Source of the DNA: Mobula hypostoma
Taxonomy: Eukaryota
Direction of reading: 5' to 3'
Assembly (NCBI RefSeq): GCF_963921235.1
Contig: NC_086097.1
Coordinates: 59,522,001-59,586,000 of the forward strand
DNA length: 64,000 nt
Shown here: positions 37,028 through 50,200 of the stretch, one piece after another
Position numbering within the stretch: the stretch's first letter is position 1
Layout: every line of letters starts with the position of its first letter
Notes under the pieces: model-generated
The model's input: the letters and a program-made list of their open reading frames with translations, nothing else
The model's database searches: none
Told to the model about the DNA's origin: nothing
Made by a program: the position numbers and the translations under genes

Positions 37028-40000
37028 ATCTTCGTTCGCGAAGCCAAGCCATGATGATGATGATACCAGGAAGTGCATTCCAGGCATCTACGATTCTCTG
37101 AATAAAAAAACTTATCTCTCACATCCTCCTTGAACCTACCCCCTCTCACCTTCAATGGATACTCTCTGGTATTAGACATTTCAGTCCGAGGAAACAGATA
37201 CTCTGTCCAGTCTGTCTATACCTGTCGTAATCTTCTAAACATCTATCAGATCTCCTCTCAGCTTCTGGCACTCCAGAGAAAACAACCCTACTTTATCCAG
37301 CCTCTCATTATAGCACATAACCTCTAAACCAGGCAGCATTCTGGTAAACCTCCTCTGCACTCTCTCCAAAGCCTCAATATTCTTCCCATTGTGGGGGTAA
37401 CCAGAAATGTATGCAATACTTCAGATGTGACCTAACCAGAGTTTTATGACTTTGAACTCAATGAATTTTGACTGATAAAGCCAAGCATTCCATAAGCCTT
37501 CTTAACCTCTTTATTGACCTGTGTAGCCACTTTCAAGGAGCTATCAACCTGGATCCCAAGTTCTCCCTGTTCAGCAACACTGTTAAGGATCTTGCCCTTA
37601 ACAGTGTACTGTCTCCCTAAATTTGCCCCACCAAGGTGCAATATTTCATATTTATCTGTGTTAAACTCCACCTGTCATTTCTCAGCCCATATCTGTAACT
37701 GGTCTATATCGTGCTGTATTCTTTGCCAGTCTTCTACAGTATCCACAAGTCCGCCATCTTGGTATCATCCACAGACTTACTTATCCACCCATCTACATTT
37801 TCATCCAAGTCATTTGTGTACATCACAAACCGCAGAGGTCCCAGCACAGATCACTGCAGAACTCCACGACATGCAAACTCCGAGCTTGAATAAGTCCTTT
37901 CAGTCACTGCCCTCTGTCTTCTATGTGCAAGGCCTTTCTCTATCCAAATGGCCAATTCACCATGGACCCCATTCACCTTAATCTTTTGGATTCACCTCCC
38001 ATGAGGGACTTTGTCAAACACCTTACTAAAATCTATGTAGGCACTGTCCTACCCTCATCAATCTCTCATGTCACCTTATCAAAAAACTCAATCAATTTGG
38101 TAAGGCACGACCTGATACGCACAAAGCCATGCTGGTTCTCCCTAATTAGACAATGGATTTCCAAATGCTCCAAATGCTGGAGAATTTTCTCCAGCAATTT
38201 CTCTATAACTTGCATGAGACCCACCAGTCAAAAGCTCCCAGGATTCTCTCTTGTTCTATTCTTAAATAGCATTACAATATTCACGACTCGCGAGTCCTCT
38301 GGGACCTTACTTCTGGCTAGAGAAGATGTGAATATACTGGTCAAGGGCCCAGCAATCTCATCTCTTGCCTCCTTCAATAATCTGGGGTAAATCCCATCAG
38401 GCACTGCGGACTTATGAACCTTAATAATTATTAGGAGTCCCAACACTTTCTCTTCCTTGACCTCTAAGTGCCCTAACATATTTAAACACTCAGCACTGAT
38501 TATCTGGTCTTCCATATCCTTTTCCTTGGTAACTACTAAAGCAAAGTATTGATTATATACCTCACTCATATTCTCTACATCCATACAAATGGTCCCCCCT
38601 TTATCTTTGTGTGGTCCCACTCTCTTTCTCTAGATATCCTTTCACTCTTGATATGTATAGTATGCCTTGGGATTCACCTTAATCCTACTTGCCAAAGACT
38701 TTTCAAAGTGCCCCCTGGCTTTCCTAATTCCCTTCCCTAGTTCTTTTCTGGCGTCTGTATACTCCTCATGTGCTCCAGTTGATCTGGGCTTCTGAAGCTT
38801 TACATGCTTTTCTTGATCCTTCTTGATTAAATTCATCACCCCTCAAGACATCTAAGGTTCTCTTATCTTTCCATCCCTGTGCTTCCTGCTAACAGGAACA
38901 TACCTTCCCTGTACTCTGTACGATTGATGCTTGAAAGCTCGTTACTAACGCCTCCATCATCTCTTCAGTTACCTTCTTTCAGTACCCTGGAGTGCAGTCC
39001 ATCTGTTCTGGGTAACTTATCTACCTTCAGACTTTTCAGCTTCTAATTTTCTATCCTTAGTAATAACAACGACACTCACTTCTGCCCTGTGACACTTTCG
39101 AAATTTTGGCTAGTACCTTCCACAGTAAATACCGATGTAAAATACTTAATAGTTCATCTGCCATTTCTTGCCCCACCCTTATTATTACCTCTCCTGCATC
39201 ATTTTCCAGCACTCCCTTCTCACCTCTCTTTTACTGGATATATATCTAAAACAAACTTTTGATATCTTCTTCTATATGATTGGATTGCTAACCTTCATAT
39301 TTCACCTTTTTCTTCCTTATGGCTTTACTAGTCGCCTTCTGCTGGCTTTTAAAAGCTTCCCAATCTTTAACTTCCCGCTAATTTTGCTCTATTTTTCTCT
39401 ACCTTTTATGCTGGCTTTGACTTCCCTTGTCAACCACGAATGGCTCATCCTCCCTTTAGAAACCTTCATCTTTGAATGAATCTATAATGCGCCTTCCAAA
39501 TTGCCTGCAGAAACTCTAGTCATTGCTTTTCTGCCATCATCCCTGCTAGTGTCCCCTTGCAATTAACTTTGGCCAATTCCTGTCGCAAACCTCTGCAATT
39601 CCCTTTATTCCACTGAAACACTGATACATTTGGTTTTTTCTTCTCCCTCTCAAACTGCAGGATGAATTCTATCATATTATGATCGCCACCTTTATATGAT
39701 AGGCTTCAGTGCTTCATGTTGAATCAATAAAAGTTTATCACTTTGGAGGTTTGCTGCCAATTTTTCTGACCACTATTGAATTTAATCCATTGATCTTCAA
39801 TGCATTATGTGATGCAGTGACTCTTCAGTCCATCTTATGATTCCTTCCACACTTTCTTACCTTCTTCATCATACACACTCACTCCTCCCAATCTATAAAG
39901 TAGCACTGCAATGCAAATTTATACACAATGGAACATGTGTTGTTCTTCAGGTTAATCGATCAATATTACAGAAAGTTCAATAGGATATTGAAACTCACAG

Positions 40001-40829
40001 GCTGGAATCTGCAGTTTGAAAGTATATTTGCATGTCAACTTAAAAATAAACAACTTGTTTTCTTATATGTTTTTCAGCCTTTGATGATAGATCTTCTAGG
40101 ATTCTATGATTTCTTTCCAGAAAAATAAAAGAATCATAACCAGGTTATCATTGATTTATCTTTTCCATTTTCCCATTGGAGCTATTAATAATAACAGAAT
40201 AATATTAGAATAAGCAACAGGATAGATGGAATACAGGCCACAAAAACCTAACTATGGATAAAATTTGAAATTCATTCTGACACAACCTGCATATATATGC
40301 AATAGGTGCTTTGAAAGTTGCATCTTATATATACTAAAATTGTCTTTGAATGTGAATCAGACCATGGGTAAATTCAGCAAAAATGTAAAGTAGATACCTT
40401 GTGTACTTAATAAATATATCGAGGTTGACATTACTCATTTTGTCAAAACTTGTTACAGACTTGCTATGGAGCTTGCTGTCTAAGCCTCATCTTACTCCAG
40501 GAATATTTAAATTGGCAGGCAGCAATGAGTCATTAGAACAAGTGTCTGCAGCTGTTCATTGATGTGCTTCTGATGGGGACATTGGAGGGATGACAAGAAC
40601 TGGAAGAATGAAATAACCAAACTGATGGACTCTATGCCATTCAGTTTCGGAGCCACCTTCTCATTGATGAGTGTGGAGCTGGTTGAGTATGATATCTCCC
40701 CAAAAGAGCTGTGGACACAGCAGTCCCTGCAGTGAGGAGAAAAGTGTCACCAACTTTGTAGCAATGATAGGCTGGAAATTCAAATTTATCCATTATGTGA
40801 ACTAATTTCCACCTACTTAAGTATGAACT

Positions 40830-41411
40830 ATTGCAAGATCTCACTTTGACTCATTGGCTGCAAGGATATTGGGGCAAGGAAAAGCAGAGCCACATTTCAG
40901 TGAATTTTTGAATAAGTAACTAAATATGTTGATTAGGATAGTGTAGTTAAAGTAGTTAACATAGGTTTCAGTAAAGACTTTGACAAGATCCCACATAGAA
41001 GGTTGGTTCAAAAGATTAGAGCACGTTGGATCCAAGAAAGTTGGATTTAGATTTGATTTCATAATAGGAAGCAGAGGCATTTGATAGTGGATTGTTTTTG
41101 TGATTGGAAATCTGTGACCAGAGTGTGCCACAGGTTTTGGTGTTGGGACACTTGTTATTCATTACAGTATATACATTGATGACCTAGATGTGAATATAGG
41201 GGGTATGATTAAGAAGGTTGCATACTTCTTGAAATTGGTGCTGTTGTTGATCGTGGGGAGGGAAATCTAAGGCTACAGAATGATAATGATCAACTGGGAC
41301 ATGTGAGGTAATACATTTGCAGGTCTAATGAGGGTAGGACATATACTATACATGTTCGAGGCCAAGGTAGTTCTGAGCAACAAAATATGTTGATGTTCAA
41401 GTCCAAAGACC
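40830..41411 (+). mobile_element. Decayed CR1 RT fragment
   Basis: gtaaagactttgacaagatcccacat (K.FDK.PH), gtgccacagggtttggtgttggga-like VPQG region, attgatgacctagat. Confidence 0.75.
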
Positions 41412-42125
41412 TGTTAGATTTGGAGATGGTATTGTCCAAAAGGCTATTCAGAAACCAAGAATGAGGTGTGAGGGTTGATCAAACTCAAACTATTGAAGTG
41501 TTCAGGAGATATGGTAATAATAGAGTAACTTAAGTCTAATTTATTATCATAAAATAGAAAGCACAAATAAACCACACAAAATACTACGTAGCAAGTCAGA
41601 AAGATTTCCGGGCTCACCATTCGTAGTCATCACATGATTGTTGCTGTTGTTAGGGGAGTCTCCCAATTCCAACTCACTCGAGAAACCACCCAAGTCCTAA
41701 GCACCAATAGCAATTTCCGGCCATTGGTTGAAGTCCAGAAAAACCAGGAAGTGCACCCAGATGAATACAAGTTTCACAAGCTTAGGGCAATCACGAGAGA
41801 GAGATGAACTGTTAGATCTTTTGTTCTCATGCCATTAACTTGGCCTGGTTTCTTTCAACCAAGCAACACCTGTTCTTTAACAATTTTCAGCATGACCTCA
41901 TAAATCAATTAGACACCTTAATGGTAACTCCCTGTAGCACACGACGTTCCTTGGACTGACCAAAGGGTATTAATATTACATACAAGTGATAAGCCTGAAT
42001 CTAAAAAAGAACCCATTAATCCAACTTGGCAGACTTTCACATGGTAACTGTGACTTTCAGGTTCTATTGGCTGTGCAAGTCTAGGGAAGACAATCCCTGG
42101 CCCCACCAAACGTGTGAAATTGAGG

Positions 42126-42664
42126 TGCAAACCCCTCATGTTTGTGTGGATGCTGCGTGATTTGTTCCCCAGTTACAAATCAGTCCCAGGAAATAATAGA
42201 CAGTGCACCATATGCAATTAAACAATCTAGTTTTATAATTCTTAATTTGACTAAAGGGTTAGTAAAGAAAAAACAAAAGGCAGTGTGTACCAAACCCCCA
42301 TTTCCTCATTCTCCGTATCAGTATCCCTTTCAGGGGCAGGGGCCGGTCTAATCTCTCCCGCTGTTGGGCCTTCAGTCACCCCGTATCGCCACAGAGTCCT
42401 CTTACAAGGTGTAGGTTCCAGGTCGGGCTCTGGGTCAACCCACACCTCTTGTCCCAAAGGCAGATGGTGGTTCCAATGGAGAATCTTGACAGGCCCATTC
42501 CCATCCTCTGGTTTCATCTGGAAAACTGGTAGGTTTGGCATCTGACTCTCCACTACATAGGGCGTAGCCGCACAGTGGTCCGCCAACTTATGCTTTCCAG
42601 GTAACCAAACATCAGATAATATGGTGAGTAATGTTTGTGGTGAAACCTTTCCCAGGGTGTTATA
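42126..42664 (-). mobile_element. Chimeric LTR enclosing a Gypsy integrase C-terminal fragment
   Basis: 42635-42664 matches the LTR start and 42126-42280 the LTR end of the 16884/18427 family; between them LPGKHKLADH...PYVV...PVFQMKPEDGNGPVKILHWNHHLPL. Confidence 0.7.
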
Positions 42665-43484
42665 TAGTGGTGTCCACAACTAAGAAAGAAACCAGCTGCT
42701 ATCAGCAAACATTATACATTAACGGACCTACAGTGTTTACCCTGTACAGACACTCTGCAAACATTGCTCACAAACAAACATACGGACCCCACATGCTAAG
42801 GGTTCAGAAAGTGTTAAATTGTCATTTTGAACTGTTCATTTCATTCATTGTTCTACAAAATTTAATATAATACATGAGGTTCAAATCTTATAGTTACAGC
42901 CACAGTCATAAAGTATCAGCTTATACTAGCCATTGAGAGTAAACAAAGTAACAAAAAACTTGTGCTCTCCATTTACACTTTAAGACTACAAATTAGATAA
43001 GGAAGTTTGATAACAGCTCGTGAATTGTATTGTGGTGAGCATTTGGTCCATAATGATAGACCACAGTGGCGGTGCCAGAGATTTTTTCTTGCTGGTGCTA
43101 CTGTGGGGCTGAATTATTCAGCGACAATGCTGAGAGATGTGCTGTATGGTAATATGTATTCACAAGGCCAGACGCGTGGCATTCAAAAGTCAGTTTCAAG
43201 CATTATGTGCCTACTATAAATGCCTCTGTTGATTCACAAGCAACAGCGATTGATAGATCTAATATAGAATTGAACTGTGACAGTGTCAACGGCATCGGAG
43301 ACAAGCCGGGCTACACAGAGCATAAACAAACAAACCAACAGAGCATCCGACCCACAGCGCATAACGTGAATCACGCACTAATCCTGCAATCAGCATCAAT
43401 TGTGTGCTTTTCAACTGAAAAACACAACACTAACCTCAATGTCCACTGCTATTCACATTACATAGACAGACAATTACATAGACA

Positions 43485-44155
43485 GGAGGAGGAGAAGATG
43501 GCGCGACGCAGTTTATGCGGCTACTCCGTTGAATGATATCTGTAATCTGTCAAGTAGGGGACCGTGCACAATTCTGATTTGATGGAGACAGACGTAAGAG
43601 AATGGAGGAAAATCTAGAGAAAATTCTGAAATGCCTTTTTCGCTGCCGCTGTTACTGTTTGATCCAGAATCTCTGGAGGGGAAGGCCCCAAGTCCTCGGC
43701 TTTGCTTCTTGCTCGACGGCCGGGACAGGGTCAAAGCGCTCGGCAGAGATGGTGCTCGGAGCTTGGTGTCGAAGGGCTAGTCGGAGGCTCGAAGATTTCG
43801 GACGGACTCAGAGTCGGCTGGGGTTGGGTGCTTCCAATGCATCGACAGTTGTCAGTGCCTGGAGGTTTATAGCAGAGAGAATTTTTCCCTTCTGCCGCCT
43901 GCTATCGGGGACTATCAAGAGTGGATTGGAACCTTGAGACTTTTTTTAACTGTTCCCATGGTCTGCTCTTTATCAAATTATGGTATTGCTTTGTACTGCT
44001 GTAACTATATGTTGAAATTATGTGGTCTTGTCAGTGTTAGTCTTTGGTTTGTATTTTTTTTTGTGATACCACTCTGGAGGAACATTATATCATTTCTTAA
44101 TACATGCATGCATTTCTAAATGACAATAAACGAGGACTGAGTGTCCTCATAATCT
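43485..44155 (+). mobile_element. Non-autonomous retroposon (AAGATGGCG head), copy 2, inside the hAT
   Basis: Collinear with 22460-23066 from ggaggagaagatggcg to atgacaataaa-gaggac(N5)gtcctc-ataatct. Confidence 0.85.
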
Positions 44156-44657
44156 GAAAAAAAGATGCACTGTTATTAAAGTCAAATAAGGCAAACAACA
44201 AATGCAAGGCTTTACCAGGAGTTGGACAAATCGTACTCTGACCATGCAATACCTCAATTAATTCAGCTCCTGAATTTAAAACAAAAATCCACAGAATCAC
44301 CGCTTGGAAGTCTAAGCAAAACCAGTAGGCTTAATAGCAGTAAATGTAATATTTTAGGATTTGCAGGAAACATAAGGACTATGGGGTATCCACCACAAAA
44401 TAATAATAATAATCAGCATGAGTCTTGGCCCAAATTTTTGGAAAAATCAACTGCACTCACCATTGATGTTTTCAGAGAAGCACAATCCATCTGTTGTTGT
44501 GATTGGTGGCGAAAGCATCAGTGATTTTAAGGATGTCAAGTGCTTTGGTCCTCCGGCTGTTTATGGCCAACAGGGCCAAGTTGCTGTTCCGAGCATCGCC
44601 GCTGCTATTCCTTAGGTAGTTTTTGAGGCGTCTGAGGCAAAAGAAACTCCATTCGCA

Positions 44658-46843
44658 TCAGGCAGATGTCACAGGCAGAGTCAGTGATATGCAGATTAGA
44701 TTGTATAAATCTATAACTGCATCACGGTAAGGTCTCATTAGAGCTAGAAATTCTACTGTGTCATTCACTGTCTGTCCTTGCTTTTGTTTTGTTTCCAGCA
44801 GACGCCGAACCTGATGTAGCTCTGCAGTCAGGTTCACTTCAGTCACTCCATAGTATTGGGCCATTGGCCAAAGACTATTCTTGTCTAGGAAGAGCTTGTG
44901 TTGGGGACTCAGTGCTGAGACTCCAGTCAAAACAACCCCCCCCCCCCACCGCCGTCTCAATTGAGAACTGCCTTTTCATTTCAGTCAGAAGTCTGTCTAT
45001 AACTGGATAGAAACAGTGCTTGAAAAGGTCATCAGAGGATGTGACAGGTGTGCGTTCAGTTTGGGCCTCAACAACAAAATCATGTAGGCGGCAGGGTGGC
45101 TGGGCCTGTCTCCTTTCATGTGGTCTGCTCTGTATACCGGCCTTGACGCACAGCTCCCTAGCTCTTGCCTGAATTTCACTCCATGATTCCTCTCCCCGTT
45201 TTGCTGAGAGTGCATCGATAACAGACTGAGCCAATTCCACAGCTGATGAAAGCTCCAAACTGGGAGATTGTAGCTGGTCTGACATGAACTTGGTGACTCA
45301 GAATAAATCCTCAAACAGAGTGAGAAGTAAAGCAAACTGCTCATCAATCAGTCCATTTACAGCTCTGGCCTCCGTTTTCCACCGTGCATTTGGTTGACCT
45401 ATAATATCCTGCTAGAATGGCAGGGAGTGATTTCCTTATAGCACACAAAACTGTATACTGCCATGCCCAGCGTGTATCTGACAATTTCTTCAACTCCACA
45501 GGCTGTGCAGTTGATTCCAGTTCTCTCTGTTTCTTCATGAAAAGATCATGGGCAACAGAGTTTGAAAAGAGGTTGTAAAGCAGCTGCACAGTTTCAAAAA
45601 ACTCACCTGCCCGCTAGTTGTACATTGCTCACAACATTCACTAAAACAAGGTTAAGTCTGTGAGCATGGCAGTGTATATATAATGTCTGCGGGACCTCTT
45701 TCCTGAACCTCTCTTGTACCCCGTTATTGCACCCAGACATCACTACCGCCCCGTCCTAATACTGACCTATACACGCGTTCTTATCAATAACACACTGGGC
45801 GAGTGTCTGTTCAATGCTTTTAAGAAGCGACTCTGCGTCCAACCCTTCTGCTGGAGTGAAGTGCAAGAATTCTTCAAGCACTGTTTCGTTATTCAAATAC
45901 CGCACCACCACTGATATTTGCTCCTTTTTACTCAAGTCTTTACTTTCATCCACCATGATCACAAAATGTCCAGCCTCCTTGATTTCTGCACATATTTGAT
46001 GTCTGACCACATCTGCCATAATACCCATAATTTCATTTTGGATATCTTGATGGGTGTTTTTTGGAATTCCAGGATTGTCCTCTATTTTTTTAGCTACAGT
46101 CTTATCAAACTGTCCAATTACACTGAGCAACTCAACAAAGTTTCCCCTGTTGCCAGATACATCATCCTCCCGGTGTCCTCGCTGGGCAATGCCTTGGCAC
46201 GCAGTATAGCGTAGAGACTCAACCATTGCTCTCATATACTCATGATTTTCCTGGACAATCTTTGCATGTCCTTTGTCAAGCATACTTCCCAATCTTGAAC
46301 CGCCTTGTTTTCTCAATCTGAATTCGGCCCATGCCTCCATCGCAAACTTATGAGCTGCACTTACATGGTGGGTTTGAAAGCTGTTGTAGCTCTCCGCCAG
46401 TTGCAGTAACCGGTGACAGTGAAGGTAGACTCAGAATGGAACCCATGTCCTCCACACAGGAAATGCCTGCATGCGAAGCAGAACGTAGTATCTTTCGTGA
46501 TCGAATATTCCAGCCAGTCAAACCGGCCATGAATAAAACTCTTTTGCTGATTGCCAAACTGTTGTGAACAGCGAGGATACTTTTTCAATGCTGGCCGACG
46601 GGGTCCTTCCTCAGGTTGCTGGCTAACATCGCTAACAGTATTCCCACTAGCACTAAGAGCAGCTTCATCCACATTCTCTTCTGAATCCCACTCCATTTCT
46701 TGTTCCTCTACTTCGCCCTCACACTCCTTCGATGAACTGCTGTCGTCCTCATCCCCACTTACTTCTTTCTGCATGTCACTTTCAATTAAGACAGGCTCAG
46801 GCTGCGACACCACTGATTCCTCTGGATGAGGTCGTTTTCTCAC
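44658..46843 (-). pseudogene. hAT transposase pseudogene
   Basis: WLEYSITKDTTFCFACRHF (TTF ZnF), GNRGNFVELL and IMVDESKDLSKKEQISVVVRY (DUF4371-like), YIHCHAHRLNL at ~45650-45680, LSDTRW, LTLPVTSA (dimerisation domain, truncated); frameshifted. Confidence 0.92.
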
Positions 46844-47626
46844 TAAAAATCAATCTATTTTTCACACCGGCCAAAATAATGCACGTGCCAGCCCCACGCT
46901 AGCTTGTATAAACACAATGCGTGTGTGTGTGACATCTGTTAGTCTTGCGAGACCATGGATCTGTGCCTGGATGTATACTATCAATCTCTTGCGTGAGTGA
47001 GAGTGACTGACATCACCACCTTCTGTGATCTTAGATCAGCTTAACTGATCTGAGGACAGCAACGGCAAGACAGTGACAACGAACGAATAAGCAGAAGTGT
47101 AGAGTGGATCTGACCTTAGTCCAGCACAGAGTTTATAACTTTATTGCTGCATAGCTGCTATGGTAATTGGGGGTGCTGTTTCAATAGATCAACTGGAGAA
47201 ACAAGCTGTGTTCAAAACTATACAGAGAAAGCAAAGCAGCTGCAATTTATATATCAAATTTCAGTTATTTTCTTGGTGGTGCTACAGTGGTGCTATTGTA
47301 ATTTCTAGCACCACCTTAGCGCTGCCCCTGACAGACTTGCTAAACTCAAAAACTGTTTCATTGTGATAAGCACTAAACAGTGCACACAACCAATCTCGTA
47401 CAGATGGGGGAGATGACCATCACACACACCGGTTATAGTTAGTGTGCCCCACAAATACACAAGCAAAGAACTGTGTAAACCAAGCTAAAATTTAACAATA
47501 AATGAACTGGAACTTCCCACCGTAATCCCACAAAAGCATTTTAACACAGAACAATAAACAGTGCTGGTCATTAGAAATGCAGGGGCGGGCTGTCGATCAC
47601 GACCCCCCCTCCCCCAGAGCGTCACA

Positions 47627-48360
47627 CTGCCAACTCCAAAATGGCCGGCACCCACCAGACCATGCGCTGACTGTTGCACTGTGGTGCAGAGCCCCCGGGG
47701 GACCACCAGCTGCAAGAGATGTCTGCCGCCGTCGAACAACCACCATCGCCGGAACAGCAACCCATCGCGCACCTCCGGCGTTCCCCACTGCGAGTGTGGG
47801 GCTCTGTTCTCTGGGTCCAGGACAGGGACCTCTGCCTCACTCTGGCCGTCATCCCACACTCAGCCATTCCATCACCCGGGCCAACACGGGGTCACTCACC
47901 TGCCCCCTGCGCAGTTGCTCGTGGTCCTTTGTGGGGAGGTCATCGCTGGCTGTCACCTGAAGCGCCGTCACCGTCGATTGACAGTGGTTCAGCTGTGTTG
48001 AGTTAGGCCGCTGCTGGGTGTGCTGTACTGCCACGGGCTGCGGTGAAACCGGCGGTAGTTGCTGCCCCCGCTGGGACACTTCCTGGAGCTGCCCTGCCGC
48101 AGAGCCACGGATTCAGTACCGAGGTAGAGTGTTGCCTCTGACACATCCACATGGACCCCCTAGTGGGACAGCAGGTCCAGGCCAATGATGCAGGGCTCTC
48201 GGATGTCGATGAGCCACACCTCATGCTCCACTGTGTTTTTCCCCACTGCGATGTGCAGCCACCTCTTCCCTCGCAACATCGCACAGTTGCCGGGGGCTGC
48301 AGCCGGTTGGACCGCCATCGTTGTCCACCCAGACAATGATGGCTGGTCCGTGTCGGGGAT
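47627..48360 (-). mobile_element. Gypsy pol remnant, heavily deleted
   Basis: PCIIGLDLL (protease C-terminus, ~48165-48195); DPVLARVMEWL; EVRDGLLFRRW...QLVVPRGL...AHGLVGAGHFGV (integrase zinc-binding N-terminus). Confidence 0.8.
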
Positions 48361-49939
48361 GTAACTGGGATAGAATGTCTCAGTTAGAGGTGAGACTGCG
48401 GCAGAGCAAATTGGGGGCTACTTGTTAGATGTAATCAAAATTCGTGGATAGGATGGGTAATGGGGATAGCAGGTTGGTGGTTATTCCCTTTTGTTCTTTA
48501 TCATAATTATCATGATCATATTACTCCTTCCATGAGTACTGTTGCCAGTCGATTTTATGAATGAGTGAACAGAAGTAACTATAAATTAAGGAGGGAAAGC
48601 GAAGGGTGAAAGCTTGTATCATCTCACTCTTCGCAAGCATGGGATGAAAAACTACTGAATGTCACAAATATGATGGCAAAACAATCTTGACTTCCAGCCT
48701 TCATTCCCATCTCCCATCACATTGGCTGCTCACCCAAGTCCCTTTAAGGTGGGGATACATCTAATCTGCATTTGTTCAGTTGAGCTGCAGAGGTGAATCA
48801 CTGCTTGTTTTCTGATGCATTCTTGGAGGTTCTGCAAAAAAAAAAATTAGACTATTCAGTGAAGTGCCTGCTAATTACTGGTGAAGTTTCCATTCTCTGC
48901 ATTTAACATGCAACAAAACTCACATCTGAGCCACATTCTCAAGACATTCAACAACTGATATAAAGTGACATTGAACCATCCATCCACTTAGTTGTTTGTG
49001 GTTTAACCAAAGCAGCAGTAGAAACTGATAATTTTCACTTCAGAACAGAACAAAGATTTTACATTGAATTACCAGAAAACTTCTGTAATTTTAGCTGAAG
49101 TTTTATCACACAGATGAACAATTTATGATGTTCAGTTATACAATAGCAGAAATGTGCCTTGTAGCAAGCAAGCATACTGATAGAGTAAGACACACAGAAG
49201 GGCTTGGGGATTGTTTTTACTTTGTTATTTTTCTGCCTTTTTCACCCTGACATTATCTTTTTCACCTGTGACATTATCTGTCAGAAAAATGACAAAATTC
49301 TTTCTGCAGACACTTAGTTACTGAAAAACATATTTTTTCTGTTCAACCTAGTTTTATAGTCACTTACAATGACAGATTTAGTTTCAGCATATTGCCTGAA
49401 ACTTTGGATTTGTTTATTCCCCTTCATAGATGCCGCATGAAATGCTGAGTTCCATCAGCATTTTGTATGTGTAAGCCATCCCTCCTCATCGAATTAAAAA
49501 AAAATCTTCCATTAACTTTCTCTGACTTACAACTTATCATTTTATGGTTGCTGTGAGACAACTTGGGGTGGGTTGTCCTCTCATGATACACTACCGTTCC
49601 ATGATTAAAGGGTTTATATCTGAGCTAGCCTGACCATTTATGGAAGCTGTTCTGAGAATCATGTGACTGTGACAGTTCAGACCCCCTTTAGGGTTTTCAG
49701 TCTAAAGATTTTGCTTGGAGTAACAATAAACTCTATTTTGAGCTGACAGACAATGGCCATCAGAATGTGACCAAACAAACAGAACATTTTCATCAAACAC
49801 TTTCCACGACTATTCATGTGTTATAACCTTTCTATCCAACATAAAGCCTTAATTTCTAATATATCCTTGGCCTTCTCTGTTGACAACCGTTAATGTTGGA
49901 TGTGTGTGATAAGTTAACACATTAACTTCCAATTTAAAA

Positions 49940-50200
49940 CCTTAACAGGATCTAAGAATACTTAACATAGATGGTCAAAATCATGAAGACCATGCATAGA
50001 ATTGAGATGGAAGCTGTTCTAATAAGCAAATGAGTTTGTGAATTTGAGGCATTTGGCAAAAGAATGAGAGCCAATATGATTGAAAGGGTGGTATAAACTG
50101 TTACCTTTCACAATGGAATTGGATATATATTTGAAGTATACAAAGCTATGAGGAAAGAATAAGCATGCAGGAATAATTGGATAATTATTTCAAAATTAAC
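49940..50200 (+). mobile_element. Very decayed CR1 3' fragment
   Basis: aaaatcatgaagacc...ggaattggatatatatttgaag...gctatgaggaaag. Confidence 0.45.

Larger units (their letters stand above)
32938..37062 (+). mobile_element. Full-length RTE-clade LINE (AviRTE-like)
   Basis: 10-bp TSD ataccaggaa (32928-32937, 37063-37072); ~830-bp 5' UTR; EN+RT coding region; short 3' UTR and (GAT)n tail. Confidence 0.95.
32733..38924 (-). mobile_element. Inner CR1 LINE, interrupted by the RTE
   Basis: Tail ttctatgttttatgttct at ~32733; ORFs 37444-37671 (MEFNTDKYEILHLG), 38228-38620 (PDGIYPRLLKEARDEIA), 38642-38839 (IKVNPKAYY). Confidence 0.9.
32290..39690 (-). mobile_element. Outer CR1 LINE remnant (32290-32732 and 38925-39690)
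   Basis: ccagaatctagtgatt|...tgatgcttgaaagctcgttactaacgcctcc rejoins as continuous CR1 RT sequence, homologous to 11300-11700 reversed. Confidence 0.8.
43064..47330 (-). mobile_element. hAT DNA transposon (ZMYM1-like/TTF zinc-finger group)
   Basis: Imperfect TIRs cagtggcggtgccag / caggggcagcgctaa; flanks atagacca/acagactt (5 of 8 match); subterminal ggtgcta repeats; encloses transposase. Confidence 0.8.
41412..47626 (-). mobile_element. Probable long LTR (~1.4 kb net) hosting later insertions
   Basis: Minus strand starts tgtgac at 47626 right after a Gypsy pol remnant and ends taaca at 41412, where the CR1 is cut; AATAAA ~130 bp from that end. Continuity across the insertions is inferred. 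Confidence 0.4.

Noticed and set aside
44658..46843. Host ZMYM1-like gene
   Set aside because: Intronless, frameshifted, truncated and bounded by TIRs: a hAT transposase remnant.
48415..48440. 5' LTR matching the end at 41412 (shared tgttagat)
   Set aside because: Similarity stops after 8 bp.
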